Shown in pieces: positions 12,854 through 25,166 of a DNA stretch of 64,000 bases. The notes beneath the pieces are model-generated. The model made no database searches. It saw only the letters and a program-made list of their open reading frames with translations, and was not told where the DNA came from. The position numbers were made by a program, and so were the translations under genes. The stretch's first letter is position 1; every line of letters starts with the position of its first letter. The DNA comes from Vermamoeba vermiformis (lineage: Eukaryota). The stretch covers positions 248,001-312,000 of the forward strand of contig JBEWZL010000306.1 of NCBI GenBank assembly GCA_045837725.1, given 5' to 3'.

Positions 12854-15122
12854 ATGAATTATAAGGTGTTATTTATATCGCTAGTCGCTTATCTGTCCTT
12901 GGCGTCAGCCCTCAATAACGGATTAGGCCTTACCCCTCAGATGGGTTGGAATAGGTAATTATGCACTCAACTCACTTAATAACAAATAACTTTTAATCAT
13001 GCGCGCACAAATGTATCTCACACTGAGATTATTGCACCGTGTTCCTGAAAACAAAAAATCGAAGGCGCAATTTTGCAATAATGTATTACATATGCGCGAA
13101 AATAATACAGAAAAATTATTATAAGCTAAATCGCAATTATTTTTGACCAAATCGAATTTTTTGACACTGATCAGAAAACTAACTTGTGAAATCAAATTGC
13201 AGCTGGAACGCATACTTCTGCGATGTTAATGAAGCTAAAATTAAACAAGCCATCGATGCTATGGTAATATTTGGTCTTCGCGAGTACGGCTACGAATACG
13301 TGAACAGTAAGTCAACTTTTCAACGTTACCCAAGTAGTTTAACTTATACATCTGAATATTAATATTTATAATTAATTTCGTCGAATTGAATTTCAAGCAG
13401 CTTTAATAATAAATTGCACCTTAGTTGACGACTGTTGGGCCGTGGGACGAGACAAAAATGGAGTATTAATCGCTGATAATGTTACTTTTCCTTCGGGTAT
13501 TGCTCATTTGGCTGACTATGGTACGTATTAATAATATGATACAAAAATTGTTGAAGTTGCCTCCCGATCCATTTCGTTCGCGAAGTGGTACATCTCGATA
13601 GATTTCCCGCCATAATACGCTTCGTCGATTTATTTATCTATTTTATATTGTCATTGGGTCTATCTATACAAGTATATAATATAGAGTCATTAGACTGTTA
13701 TATTTCAGTATGGCAATGGTCGAGATCTACCGCATCGCGTTGAAACAATTTGTTAACTTTAAGACTTTAGCGCATGCCCGTGGATTCAAGTTTGGTATCT
13801 ATTCTGACAGCGGGTACTACACTTGTGCTGGTCGTCCTGGTTCGTACGGCTACGAAGAGATCGATGCCAAGACTTGGGCCGATTGGGGCGTGGATTACTT
13901 GAAGTACGACAACTGCAACGCTAACTCGAGCATTCCTGGCATTCAAACGAGGTACAGTGCTCGCCAGTGACTGCATGTTGTGCGTACTAATGAGCCGTAC
14001 AGATATGAAAGAATGCGTGACGCGCTGGCTAAAGTTGATCAACCGATTTATTACTCAATGTGCGAGTGGGGCAAAGAAAACCCGTGGACTTGGGGCGCGG
14101 TAAGTCCTTATTTAGTTATTTGATTGTCCTACTGACCCACGTGACTTGCACGGTCAAAAACAACGTGTCAAAGTGTCACATGTCGACACGACACCTACAC
14201 GCATTAACTCGTTGATGTGCCTTGGAGTTGCGAGCTAACTACCTATCGTTTAGCAAGTTGGCAACAGCTGGCGCATATCGAGCGATGTCAGCGACAACTA
14301 TCCGTCAGTGGTGCAAATCATCGACATGTCTGTCGGTGTGTCCCGAGTAAGTACTTGCATTTCGAATCTTTTGCTGTTGATAAAAAAACTGTTTTTTTGC
14401 GTGGTTGATTAGTGTATCTAATTAATTGGATTACAGTTTGCAGGTCCTGGTGGTTGGAACGACATCGATATGCTCGAAGTAGGCAACGGTGGCATGACAA
14501 TGATGGAATATCAACTGCACTTCTCGTTCTGGTGCTTGTTGAAGGCTCCTTTAATCCTCGGGTTTGACATGTACACGAAGATGACGCCTGAGTACTTGAA
14601 CTTGATCACCAACACCGAGCTACTCGCCATTAATCAAGATAAGCTTGGCGTACAAGTGAGTGTTTGCAGCATACATGACGAGATCGGATCTAACTCCGGT
14701 GTGTAGGCTGATTTGATTTGGCAAGTTGGTCCGACGCAGATCTGGGCCGGACCGTTGGCCGATGGTGGTCGAGCGTTCATAATCTTCGAGAGGTATTCGG
14801 ACTCCTCTTGTCGCGTTCAATTAATTGATATTAATTAATGCTGCATGTAGGAAATACGAAGGAGTTGTCACCATAGACTTCCCTATGATTGGATATGATA
14901 ACAGTACCACAGTGGTTGTTCGTGACATATTGAATGGTGTGAATATTGGTACTTTTACTGGAAAGTAAGTAGCTCATAGAGAGTCATATGTGTTCGTGCA
15001 AATGGCTAACGTTGTTTTAATTGCAAAGATTTTCAACGAATATGCCTCATCAGGGAGATAATCTGGGCTGGTTAAACTTTGGATTTTTTGTTGGTCGAAT
15101 GACACCTGTCAAACCGAAGTAA
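12854..15122 (+). CDS. Secreted/lysosomal alpha-galactosidase (GH27)
   Basis: Signal peptide, then [94 protein letters not shown]. Confidence 0.95.
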
Positions 15123-15437
15123 GTCCCTTGCCTATTATACGATCAAAACTCTTTTTTGACCTTTTGAATTCGTTAGTCCTGACCACCTCAAATGGAGACC
15201 ATGGCACAAAAACTGTTGGAATTAAATTTGTATGGCTCGGTCGCAACGACTTTTCATTAGTAATTGTTGCGATAATAAGACCTGTATAGTATAAATGCAC
15301 TGTTTAGTCTTCTACAGTTAGATCCAAGGTATTTTCAAGATGATTTTTATATGCAAAAAGGTAGTATTACAAGGTGGGTATAATATATACTGTACTAAGA
15401 GGACCAGCGAAGTTCAGCGATTGATTTTCAGTGAAAA

Positions 15438-18400
15438 TTAAATGTCGGTCGGAGTATTTGCAGATTTTCCTTTTCTGGCCTCGCAGACCAACGACTGTTT
15501 CCACAACAAAGTCTCGTTTAAAGTTTCAGCGCTCTCCAAGTACTTGATCATCGTAGTGTCTTTTTCAATAGCGTACGATGTATTCTGCCATTTAATAATC
15601 TCTGCAACGACGTGCGCTAGTTTTCTTCGCTTGTCAAAGTTGATCAGATCCTTGCGGTTCAATTTTTTGCCAAAATCGTTTTCATTGCCGTCTTCAATGT
15701 ACGTTAATGTACGCAAAGATAAGCCTAAATAAGGAAATTAATATCGGAATAAAAAATCAACGGCAAGATCCGGATGCCGACTTACCCAAATAAGGAATAG
15801 CGGGTGAGTTAGAAATGCTCTTAATAGCATTACGATATTCTTGGAAATTAGATTCAGAGTCAAATAGCCTGACTAAGTCTTGGAAAGTGGTCCAAAGCTT
15901 CGGCTTGGCTTCGATCTTCTTCCAAGTTTCTTTGAGTCGATCAACGGATGTCGTTTGAAGACCAGAAACGAATGCCATAGCGGTCTCAAAGTTATTTAAT
16001 TCGCGACAGTGCTAAAAATAGAACATTAGTAAGCATAAAAGCGAAGTTTTCGGAGACACATCCGAACGGATGCGGATCTTACCTGAGCAACGAGGACGAG
16101 TTTCTTAACGACTTTAACTCGCTGTTTAAGTGATTCTTGCTTAACAATCTCGGTGGCTACCCAAGTACTAACTTGATTGAAGCGTTGAATCATTTGCCAG
16201 ATGTTTGGCGCCTTTTCATTGGCGTACTCTTCGCCCTTTGACCAGCCCTTGCCAAAGCATTCTGACGGCTTAATTTTCTTAAATAACTCGTGGGTCCACA
16301 TAGTCTAACAAAAATATTAGCACTAATTCGAAAACTGATGTCATCATACAGCAAAAAATTCGCGTAAAGTAACGCGGATCCAGCAAAAAAAAATTCGAAT
16401 TTTTTTGTTGGGAATAACAAAAATAGCTTAAAATATTACTGTACATGTATAATAATACATATATTATTATTATACTTACGAGTTGCTTAGCGACTTCTTT
16501 CTCGTTCCATTCCATAAATTCAGGCATAGATCCCGGTTTGTTACCCTTGCTATTGATGGGCTTGGTTGGAGAGAAGACCATCTCAGCTGAAGGTATAGTA
16601 AGGTCTTTCTATATATACAAAATACGAGTTAAAACAAATTCATACTAAGCCAGATCTAGATCCGATCAAGTACCTTTCCATCTAAAATGTCCAGTGCGTC
16701 TTGAGCAATAGGCGACCTTGTGTCCTCGAATGCAGCGCTAATGAAATTTCGAACTTTTTCGAAGAAGGGCACGTTGTTGAATTTAATAAAGTCCTGCGGG
16801 CACTTGACTATCCACATCCGTATCAAATTCAAAATTCTGAGCAACAATAATGATAAGAATATTATTGATGAATATATGTGCGTACCTTCGTCTACTGTAT
16901 TTGCTCTTCCTTTTCGGGGGTGCAGGCGAAGATGTGGCGCTGTCGGTAGAACTGTCCATAGTTTCTAATGCACTTCTAGCGCTACTACTATTATCTTTCT
17001 CTTCAGGCGCTGACTTGTACTATATATATGCTATTAGATATATTTTATTACATATTTAAGGCCTACGTACCTTTTCTATTAGCAGATCGACGAGCAGATC
17101 GGAAGTCATAAATGTTTGGTGCGTCAAAATAAAGCTTTCGACGTAATCAAAATCTATATATAGTGTTAGTATCGATATATACCAATATTTGAGTCCTTAC
17201 CTGTAATATCCTTCTTGGCAAATGCATTTACTAGTTCGACGATGGATCCGCCTTTGACGATCTTCTTGTCGCCCTCAACTTCGGTAACTAAGTCTCTGAC
17301 TCGCCTCTTAGAAGAGCTACGCTTAATCTTTCCATCGCTCAAATGGCCGCTCTTGCTTCGCTTTAAGGTCGATCTTTTTTTCTTCTTCGAATTGTTGAAA
17401 GATCCGCTACGTGAGAGTGATTTAGTGCTTCGTTTCTTCTTAATGCCCTTCTCTTGCATGAGTTCTCCTAATTGCTCAGTTAACTTCTTTAATTCTCCTT
17501 CCTGAAACAAAACTAGAATTAGCAAATCCGCGCGAAGCATAAATTAAGTCGAACTATCGAGATAGAACTATCAAATAGTGTATAGTGTATAATGTACCTT
17601 CTCAGCGATTTTCGATTTAGTATCTTCGATGGCATTTTGGTCTCCTTCAAGATCCGACAACGGAATTTTTAAGTCATTTATTAACGCATTGAGCTTTTCA
17701 GCCTCGTCCTGGTAATAATAGAGTTATATTAATACAGCTATTACGCGAAAAAACGATCGATTTGTCGCAAGGTCCAGATTTACAGTCCAGAACTGCCGCT
17801 TTGATTCATTTCGATAAACAACTCTAAATTAAGCTAAATTGACTTACTTGTAATGACGTAATCTTTTCTTGAAGCATTTGAAGTTTTTCGGGGTCTTGTT
17901 CACCTTCAGCGGCCGCGAGATCGATATCAGGAAGATTTCCATCGTCACTGACCACAGATTCTCTTCGTCCTTCTTCGACATTGCTGCTAGCATTCGACGA
18001 GTTATCGTCAACGAGCTCAATATCTAAATTTATAAGGATTAATTTCCTAAAGTTAAGAACGAAATTTTAAATATTGAAACAGATCGCCTTTACGGAGTCG
18101 CCGGAGCGATTCCGCGGGACTATAAATCGTGCATATATTTGTATTACGTCGCTAAATAGACATATAAGGTAAGCTTATCGGATCTGTAGCACATGAATTC
18201 ACAGATCCGCTTTAGCGGTAGAAAATCTTAACTTACCTTCAGCTGAAGAGTCGTCGTCGCTCAAACTGCCACCCTCTGAGCCAGGATTGGCTAATACTGG
18301 TTCTGATGTCGAGTTCTTCAGCGAGTATTCGCCCAGGACAAGCTGATCGTTTTTGTCTTTTCTGTTTATGATCGGTGAATCCATTGGGCTGCCCATAGAC

Positions 18401-19360
18401 TTGACGCGAATGAGCTTCTTAAGGCGCGGTGAGTCTGAACTGAGCGTCTTGCGTGCAGTTGCAGGTGAGTCTTCCTTTTCATTGGTTGGCGTGCCTGGCA
18501 GAGATGAGGTACCTAAATTTGCGCAGAACAAATGATTAATATCAGAATTATAACAGTGACATAGAATAGCATATGGTAAGCAATTTTGCATATAGACATG
18601 TGGAATTACAAATTTTTGAGGTATTTTAAGATTTTTGTGAAGGAAAGATAGCGCAGAAATTTGCGAGTGATTCTGTTTGCAACGACATGGTTATATTATA
18701 AGCACGTATATTCAAATATATCTAATGTGTAATTATCAGAATTCGCTCAAAATTGCGGGAGGTCGTTTTTCCGCCAGATGTGAGGTAAGTTGGAAATTAT
18801 TGTTATTAATGCTAAATATCTCGTGCATTAATTATATAATATTCAAATTTATGCTTACCGAAATCATTTTCATCTTCAGGTACTCGATGTGGCGAGGTGA
18901 GAGTTTTATTTGCTTGTGCTGCCGATTTTATCTTCTTGTCGAACATAGGACTGCTGACTATATTAGGAATAATAGGCACTCCATTTCTAGTTGATGTCGG
19001 TGAAGGACCACCGCTGCCTGTCAAATCTCGTTTGCCTATTGTCGGCGTTTGGGCGGTGCGTGAACCCTTTCTAATCGGCTCTTTATCGTCTTCATCGTCC
19101 TTATTTAATTTTTTGTCCTTTTTATCTTTGCCAGGCGGTGCTGGGGGACTAGAAGCAGGCCCCAAGCCAAACTTCGGTTTTGCACCAAGCACTTGCTCGA
19201 TCAATTTAACTCTGTCTGTAATTTGCCCTGAAGGCATGGATTTAGGTCCATGGTCTTGCTCTCGAGGCGACAATGAAGTTGGTGAAGTCGGTTGCTTTGC
19301 TTTTTCATTCCAAAATGAAAATGAATCTCGTGGTTTGACTTCATCTGTCGTGTCAGCCAT
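15438..19360 (-). CDS. Ras guanine nucleotide exchange factor (REM + CDC25 domains) with long low-complexity N-terminus
   Basis: VKGGSIVELV (REM), LRILNLIRMWI, EVAKQL, FNQVSTWVATEIV, LNNFETAMAF, PAIPYLG, LTYIEDGN, LINFDKRRK. Start codon may lie further upstream. Confidence 0.92.
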
Positions 19361-19783
19361 TCCGCTCGACTGAATATATTCAAAAACAGATTGTGGTTCC
19401 GTTTTGGGAGATTGAAAAAAAAAATAATTGGTCTTGTTGAATAAATAAGGAAGTGGTGGATTAAAAGAAAGCTCTACGGTTGGTCCGTAGAAATTTGACA
19501 TTTCTGACACGAGCAAGTAATCTCCCTCAATCTTGGAGTTTATTCTTCCAAATGACGTGATCAAACCATTAATGAAAGACAAGGAACGTTTGCTGTCAAT
19601 AATCAAGTTATTTTTGTGACGGAATTAAATGGGACCCAAATCCGAAATTGAATACGACTCAATGTCTCGTTTGTAAACAAAGAAGGGCTCATAAATCACG
19701 AAGAAATATAGTTGTCTCGGTAATTGTGGTCGGAGGACAAATTGTCCAATAATATGTCCCATCCATTTTAGTTAAAAATCGAA

Positions 19784-20256
19784 ATGCAGCGCCAGAACAA
19801 AGGAAATAATTCGAATAACAACGGAGGCAATCCTCAAAAGGACAAGTCCGAGCAAAAGAAAGAAAATGCGCCAAAGCCAGTTCTGCGACCTCCTCCGTCA
19901 CTTTTACAGTACGATCAATAACTTTCTTGGTCTCGCTTACCTTGCTTTACAGGGACCAAAAGAACAAAGCCGTGTTAGGAAAATTGTTGTATTTTTCGTT
20001 TATGATGTTTACGTTGCCGTTTTTGGCTTACTACATTGGCACGAGGCTAGACTGTATCCGAAAAATATTATTTAAAACTTACAAAATTATCCAGACGATT
20101 ATATGTTACGTATTCCTTAACTATATAATAGCATACCTCCCGATCACGATAAATGAACAATTTCGCACGATCTGGGGAGCAGGAGCAGCCGTGCTGACAG
20201 TAAATCTCGTCATTGCAGCCTACGTGGTAGTAGCTTTCCGAGAAAAGGACGATTAA
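19784..20256 (+). CDS. VMA21: V-ATPase assembly factor VMA21
   Basis: Three exons. VLGKLLYFSFMMFTLPFLAYY...GAAVLTVNLVIAAYVVVAFREKDD is the two-TM VMA21 signature. Confidence 0.85.
20054..20131 (+). other. Probable U12-type (minor spliceosome) GT-AG intron in VMA21
   Basis: Donor GTATCCG; branch point TTCCTTAAC about 10 nt before the AG; no polypyrimidine tract. Confidence 0.7.
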
Positions 20257-20523
20257 AATATGATTGTTAAATAAAATAATTAATAAATACGATACGCATT
20301 AATTAAGGAGGCACTATTGGTCCCCGATCGAGATGCTGCAAGTGCAGAGTCGACACAGAGAGTGAGCCTCTTAGCAACTCATCAAGGGTGGGCACGATAA
20401 GGTGATGCTCTTTGAGATGTTCATTCTCAACAACCTGGTACGAACAGCACGTGCTTCCGATCAGCCAACCATTTTTCCTGTCGATCGCTCATTTTTTCGT
20501 GTCCTTGTAAATATATCACAACA

Positions 20524-22226
20524 ATGCTTCGAGTCTTAGTATCCAAGACTGCTAATATTGGCAAGAGCACCTTCGTGGTCTCAAGCCCTTCGTCACAGAT
20601 CTATTTGCAAAGCAGATCGCTGTGGGGCGAGAAGAAACAAAAAAAGCCCAAAATTATTTATCAATCTCCTTCTGGATTCAAGACTACAGTAGCCACACAA
20701 GTTTACAGATCAAAACTGCCGCTCAAGGAAGAATATGAATATGCATGGATTCCTGAAAAGCATCTCGCCCCGAAAGGAGTCAAAAACGGCGCAGCCTTTT
20801 TTAGTGCCGATGCAATTACCACCATTCATTTTACTGGCAAATCTACAAATCGTCTAAATAATTTGTCGCGAGTGTAAGTTCATTACCAATTTTATTCAAT
20901 ATAATAATTTCTAGCCGAAGGATTAATTTATTATCGTCAATATTATTTATCCTATTATGACTGGAGCATCGAGCCAAATTTTAAATATTTTTTGACGTGA
21001 TAAAACGAAATAATCAGATGACTGACATTGGATTGACCTTCTGTTGCTTACTATAGATGGGAGAGGATTGAAATGAAGAAAAACTTTATCCCCAAATCAT
21101 CATTTGTTAAAGCAACACCCGTTGGCCCTTTCCACATTGGTATTTTTGGTTACAGAAAGAGACTCCTCCGCGATATCTCGTACTTCCACCTCGTCGATTT
21201 AAGTAAGCAATTTATATGATAATAGGTTAATAGTACATGTACCAATGGTTTATATTACTTGCCTAGGTTTCTCTGGTTATGAAAAGCGGATGCGACCACC
21301 CCTTGGTTTGCGAGACTACGAAGTGCTCTCATCAAAGGGCAACGTGTTTATAGTACCAGACCCTTCTAAAGGCTATCCTTCTAAGAACCCTGAGTCCCCT
21401 TTCTGCGTTATTGGATACAATTGGGGTAAGTAAACTTTAGCCCATTACCCACGTGCGCACCGACTTCGAAGCCCCTGAGCTAACACTTTCTCGCAGCGGA
21501 TAATCAATGGAACTACGTCAACATTACTGGAGAGCTGCCTAAACGAGTACCAGTCACCTTTTCAGCTTGTATGAATGACAAAGAGAACATGATGTACTTC
21601 GCACTCGGCTACCATGACGAAGGCACTACAGTGTGGGAATTAGACTTGAGTACGTCTATAGAGCTATAGCACGTGGTTTCTAACGCGTTGTTTTTCAGGC
21701 ACATATGTAATGAAAAGATTGCCCGCTCCAATCAACCCTCGCACGATGATTGGTTCAACCATCACGTTCCAAGCCAACCGTCTTGTTAAGATCGGTGGAT
21801 ACACTAAGCGCGCTTCTATTGGAGAGCACTGGACTACAGACGTCGAAGTTTATGACTTAGGTATGTTTAGCGGCCAGATTTTGAACCGTTAAATTGGTCA
21901 CTTACAATTGCGGATCTGCAACAGAATCCCAACAGTGGTACTTCCCAAGAGTGAATCAAGCAGGCCCTATTGTTGCCTTCCATAAAGCCCGAGTCCTCCG
22001 TAGCAATATTTATGTTATTGGAGGTGAAGTCAACCGTGATGATATGCGTCAAGTGTGGAGATTGCGTCGTATCGATACATTCGGTGTACCTGAAGAACTC
22101 TTGAAGCTCGATGACGACATTGAACCTATCGTGGAAGAAGCCCCTCCTAAGAAGGAAGCCAAGGACGACGAAGAGAAGGCTAAGACTAAGAATCGTAAAG
22201 AAAAGAAAGAAGACGACGAAGAATAA
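20524..22226 (+). CDS. Kelch/beta-propeller-like protein with probable mitochondrial presequence
   Basis: N-terminus rich in R/S/L and lacking acidic residues. Kelch-like LVKIGG...DVEVYDL...W and IYVIGG motifs; charged C-terminal tail; about 6 exons. Confidence 0.6.
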
Positions 22227-22431
22227 AATAAACTCAGTCTTTATCGCGATCTGGCTGTACAATGACCTAAATGTTGATGATCTTACTAAATTGGATGGCA
22301 CTTGAAGTACGTCGCCTTATTGGCCTATTCCTCAGAATCACCACGTGATTACGAGTTCTTAGCTGTTCAAAAACTTGATAATTTTTTTATTTCATTTACT
22401 TTCACCACTAGACGACGTATTCAACTTGAAA

Positions 22432-23004
22432 ATGGTACGAAGATTGCATTTTTAACGAATATATTACGTAAATAGCTAGCCTTAAGTGGTTGGTTCCTAT
22501 TGCAAATTGTTAAATCTACAAAGAAAAAACGTTCAATATCCATATAATGCGAAATTAGCCATTACAAAAATTAAATTATTATATCCATAGTGTCCTAAAC
22601 GCTAACTAATATTTTTTATTAATTTTCTAGTCCTACATTCGAGTTAAGCGTAAGAAGCAAACCATTTTCCTCTACACCGAACCCTCAGAGGCTATTTCTT
22701 CCGTCAAGGCCAAAATTGCTAAATTGAACAACGTCTCGTCTGACAAATTGCGTTTGATTTTCAATAATGTTCCACTTGAAGAAACCAAGACCATCTCAGA
22801 TTACAACATCGAAAATGATAACGTCGTCTTCTTAGTCTACAAAAAGGATGGTACGTTCATATAAGATTATTTATGTTATTTAGAGCTTGCAAAGATAATT
22901 TAAGGCTTGATCGATTTTATCCTAATTTTTACTTTATGCTGATCTGGCTTATAATAGGCTCTGATGAATATGAGGCTATTGACGTTCAATCAACTGACAA
23001 ATAA
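22432..23004 (+). CDS. ELOB: Elongin B-like ubiquitin-fold protein (not in ORF track)
   Basis: First exon is ATG only (22432-22434), then 22631-22850 and about 22959-23004: MSYIRVKRKKQTIFLYTEPSEAISSVKAKIAK...LEETKTISDYNIEND...EYEAIDVQSTDK*. Confidence 0.8.
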
Positions 23005-23365
23005 ATGTTCTTACGGACAACTAAATGTAGAAATTAGCTGCATGATCGACTAGCAGAAAAACGACAAAAAATAGTATTTCTAGCTGTTATTGTAATGAAT
23101 AACTCAGCTTTTGTAATAAAGATTATTTTATCTGTAACTGCTCGCAGCGCTGAACCAAACCGAAAATCAAACTCAAGCCCGATCTCTAGGCGCCTTCAAT
23201 TCAAGAGCACGATACTTGCTTGATCATGGTGGTAACAGCTGCTTGTGGCGTTTAATATTCCTGGAAGTTCTTATTTGTTCTGGATCTTTCTTGTTTTGCG
23301 CGCCTTTTTTTAAATACACCTGTCTCTCGTGTATCAGACCACAATTGTATTATAAAATATTTAAA

Positions 23366-24849
23366 ATGGATATGGAAATAGAGGACGTTAAGGAAACAAA
23401 GAAACCAACGACTCTTGGTGCAGATTTGCCTTGGGTTGAAAAATATCGACCTACAGACATTAAGGACGTCGTAGGCAACGAAGAAACATTATCCCGATTG
23501 CAAATTATTGCCGAAGAAGGCAATCTGCCGAATATTATCATTACAGTAAGCGATAGAAAAAAGATCTCGTTTTTTGCAATTAAAAAAATCGAAATATTCA
23601 AAATTACTATTAGTAATAATAGGTCACTAACAATACATTATTCTACCACATTTTTAAGAAAATAATCTGCACGAAATTAGGCTTGAGCTGACGAATAATT
23701 TAGGGCCCTCCAGGCACTGGTAAAACAACATCAATTTTGTGTTTGGCTCGTGCACTCTTGGGCGATGCATTTTCAAAAGCGGTATTAGAATTGAACGCCT
23801 CTGATGAACGGTAAGTTAGTCTAGACATCGCGACACAAGATCTCGATCTAGTTTACGCCTTGCACTCCAGAATTGTAATTAATATTATATCTTAGTGGTA
23901 TTCAAGTAGTGAGAGAGAACATTAAGACATTCGCGCGCACAAAAGTAAATTTACCTCCTGGTCGCCACAAGATTATTATCCTCGACGAGGCGGATAAGTA
24001 AGCACCTCAATACCAATTTCATATGCATACTAACGATATATTACTATGATAGTATGACTTCTGCTGCCCAACAAGCCTTGCGAAGAATTATGGAGGAGTA
24101 TTCAAACTCCACCCGTTTTGCTTTGGCTTGCAACTATTCTTCGAAGATTATCGAGCCTATTCAAAGTCGATGTGCTATTTTAAGGTAATTACACACGCAA
24201 TTATTAAGCCATTAAAAGCGGATCTGAGGACCGCGCGTCCGATGCCGTTACGTGACCTTCTATTGCGTCTAATACTCATGTATTCGCTGTAGATATACTA
24301 AACTATCCGATCAACAACTTGCTAAGCGATTGATCGAGGTTGCACGAGCTGAAAACGTCCAGTACACGGATGACGGTATGGAGTTGCTGATCTTCACTGC
24401 TGACGGTGATATGCGTCAAGCTTTGAACAATCTGCAATCTACAAACTCTGGATTTGGTCTGGTTTCAGCCGAGAATGTTTTAAAGGTAAGCATCGTTAGA
24501 TGTGGTTGCGTGAACAAAAGATCTGATCCTGTTCTAGGTCTGCGATCAGCCTCATCCTGCTATCTTAAAGAAAGTCATTACTTCTTGCCAACAAAATGAC
24601 TTTTATGACGCCTATAAGACCCTGGAGACACATCTTTGGAAGAAAGGTTACGCCGCAACGGATTTGCTCAGCACGATGTTCAAATTGGTGAAGAATAGCA
24701 ACGATCTGCCTGAATTTTTGAAGTTAGAGTTTATTAAGGAGATTGGTTTTGCGCATAAGAGGGCATTGGAAGGTGTTGGAAGCTTGTTGCAGATCTCGGG
24801 TTTGTTGGCTCGCTTGTGTGAAGCTGCGCAGCAAACTAAACCGAAGTAA
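23366..24849 (+). CDS. RFC2: Replication factor C small subunit (human RFC2 / yeast Rfc4 type)
   Basis: [76 protein letters not shown]. Confidence 0.95.
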
Positions 24850-25166
24850 TTGGTAATATTTCCCAATAAATAGTTAGTTTATGATAATGCAGCGAACTAA
24901 GTCGACGTTCTAATCATGTTTTGTTTGAGGTACATCCTACCCCGTCATGCACTGGAAAGACGAAAAGGGCAGTATAGCAATAGCTTCATTGACCACTCTA
25001 TTTTAGATACTTGATTTACCTGGCAATTAATCCTTGACCATATATTCTGGCAACTTAAATTAAATTAGCCATATTTGGGTAGTGGACTGAAATCGTCGCG
25101 TAAGGACAGCTAATTCTTGCTTTACAAACTTGACTTCATGACCACACGATAGCGTAAAGTTAACTT

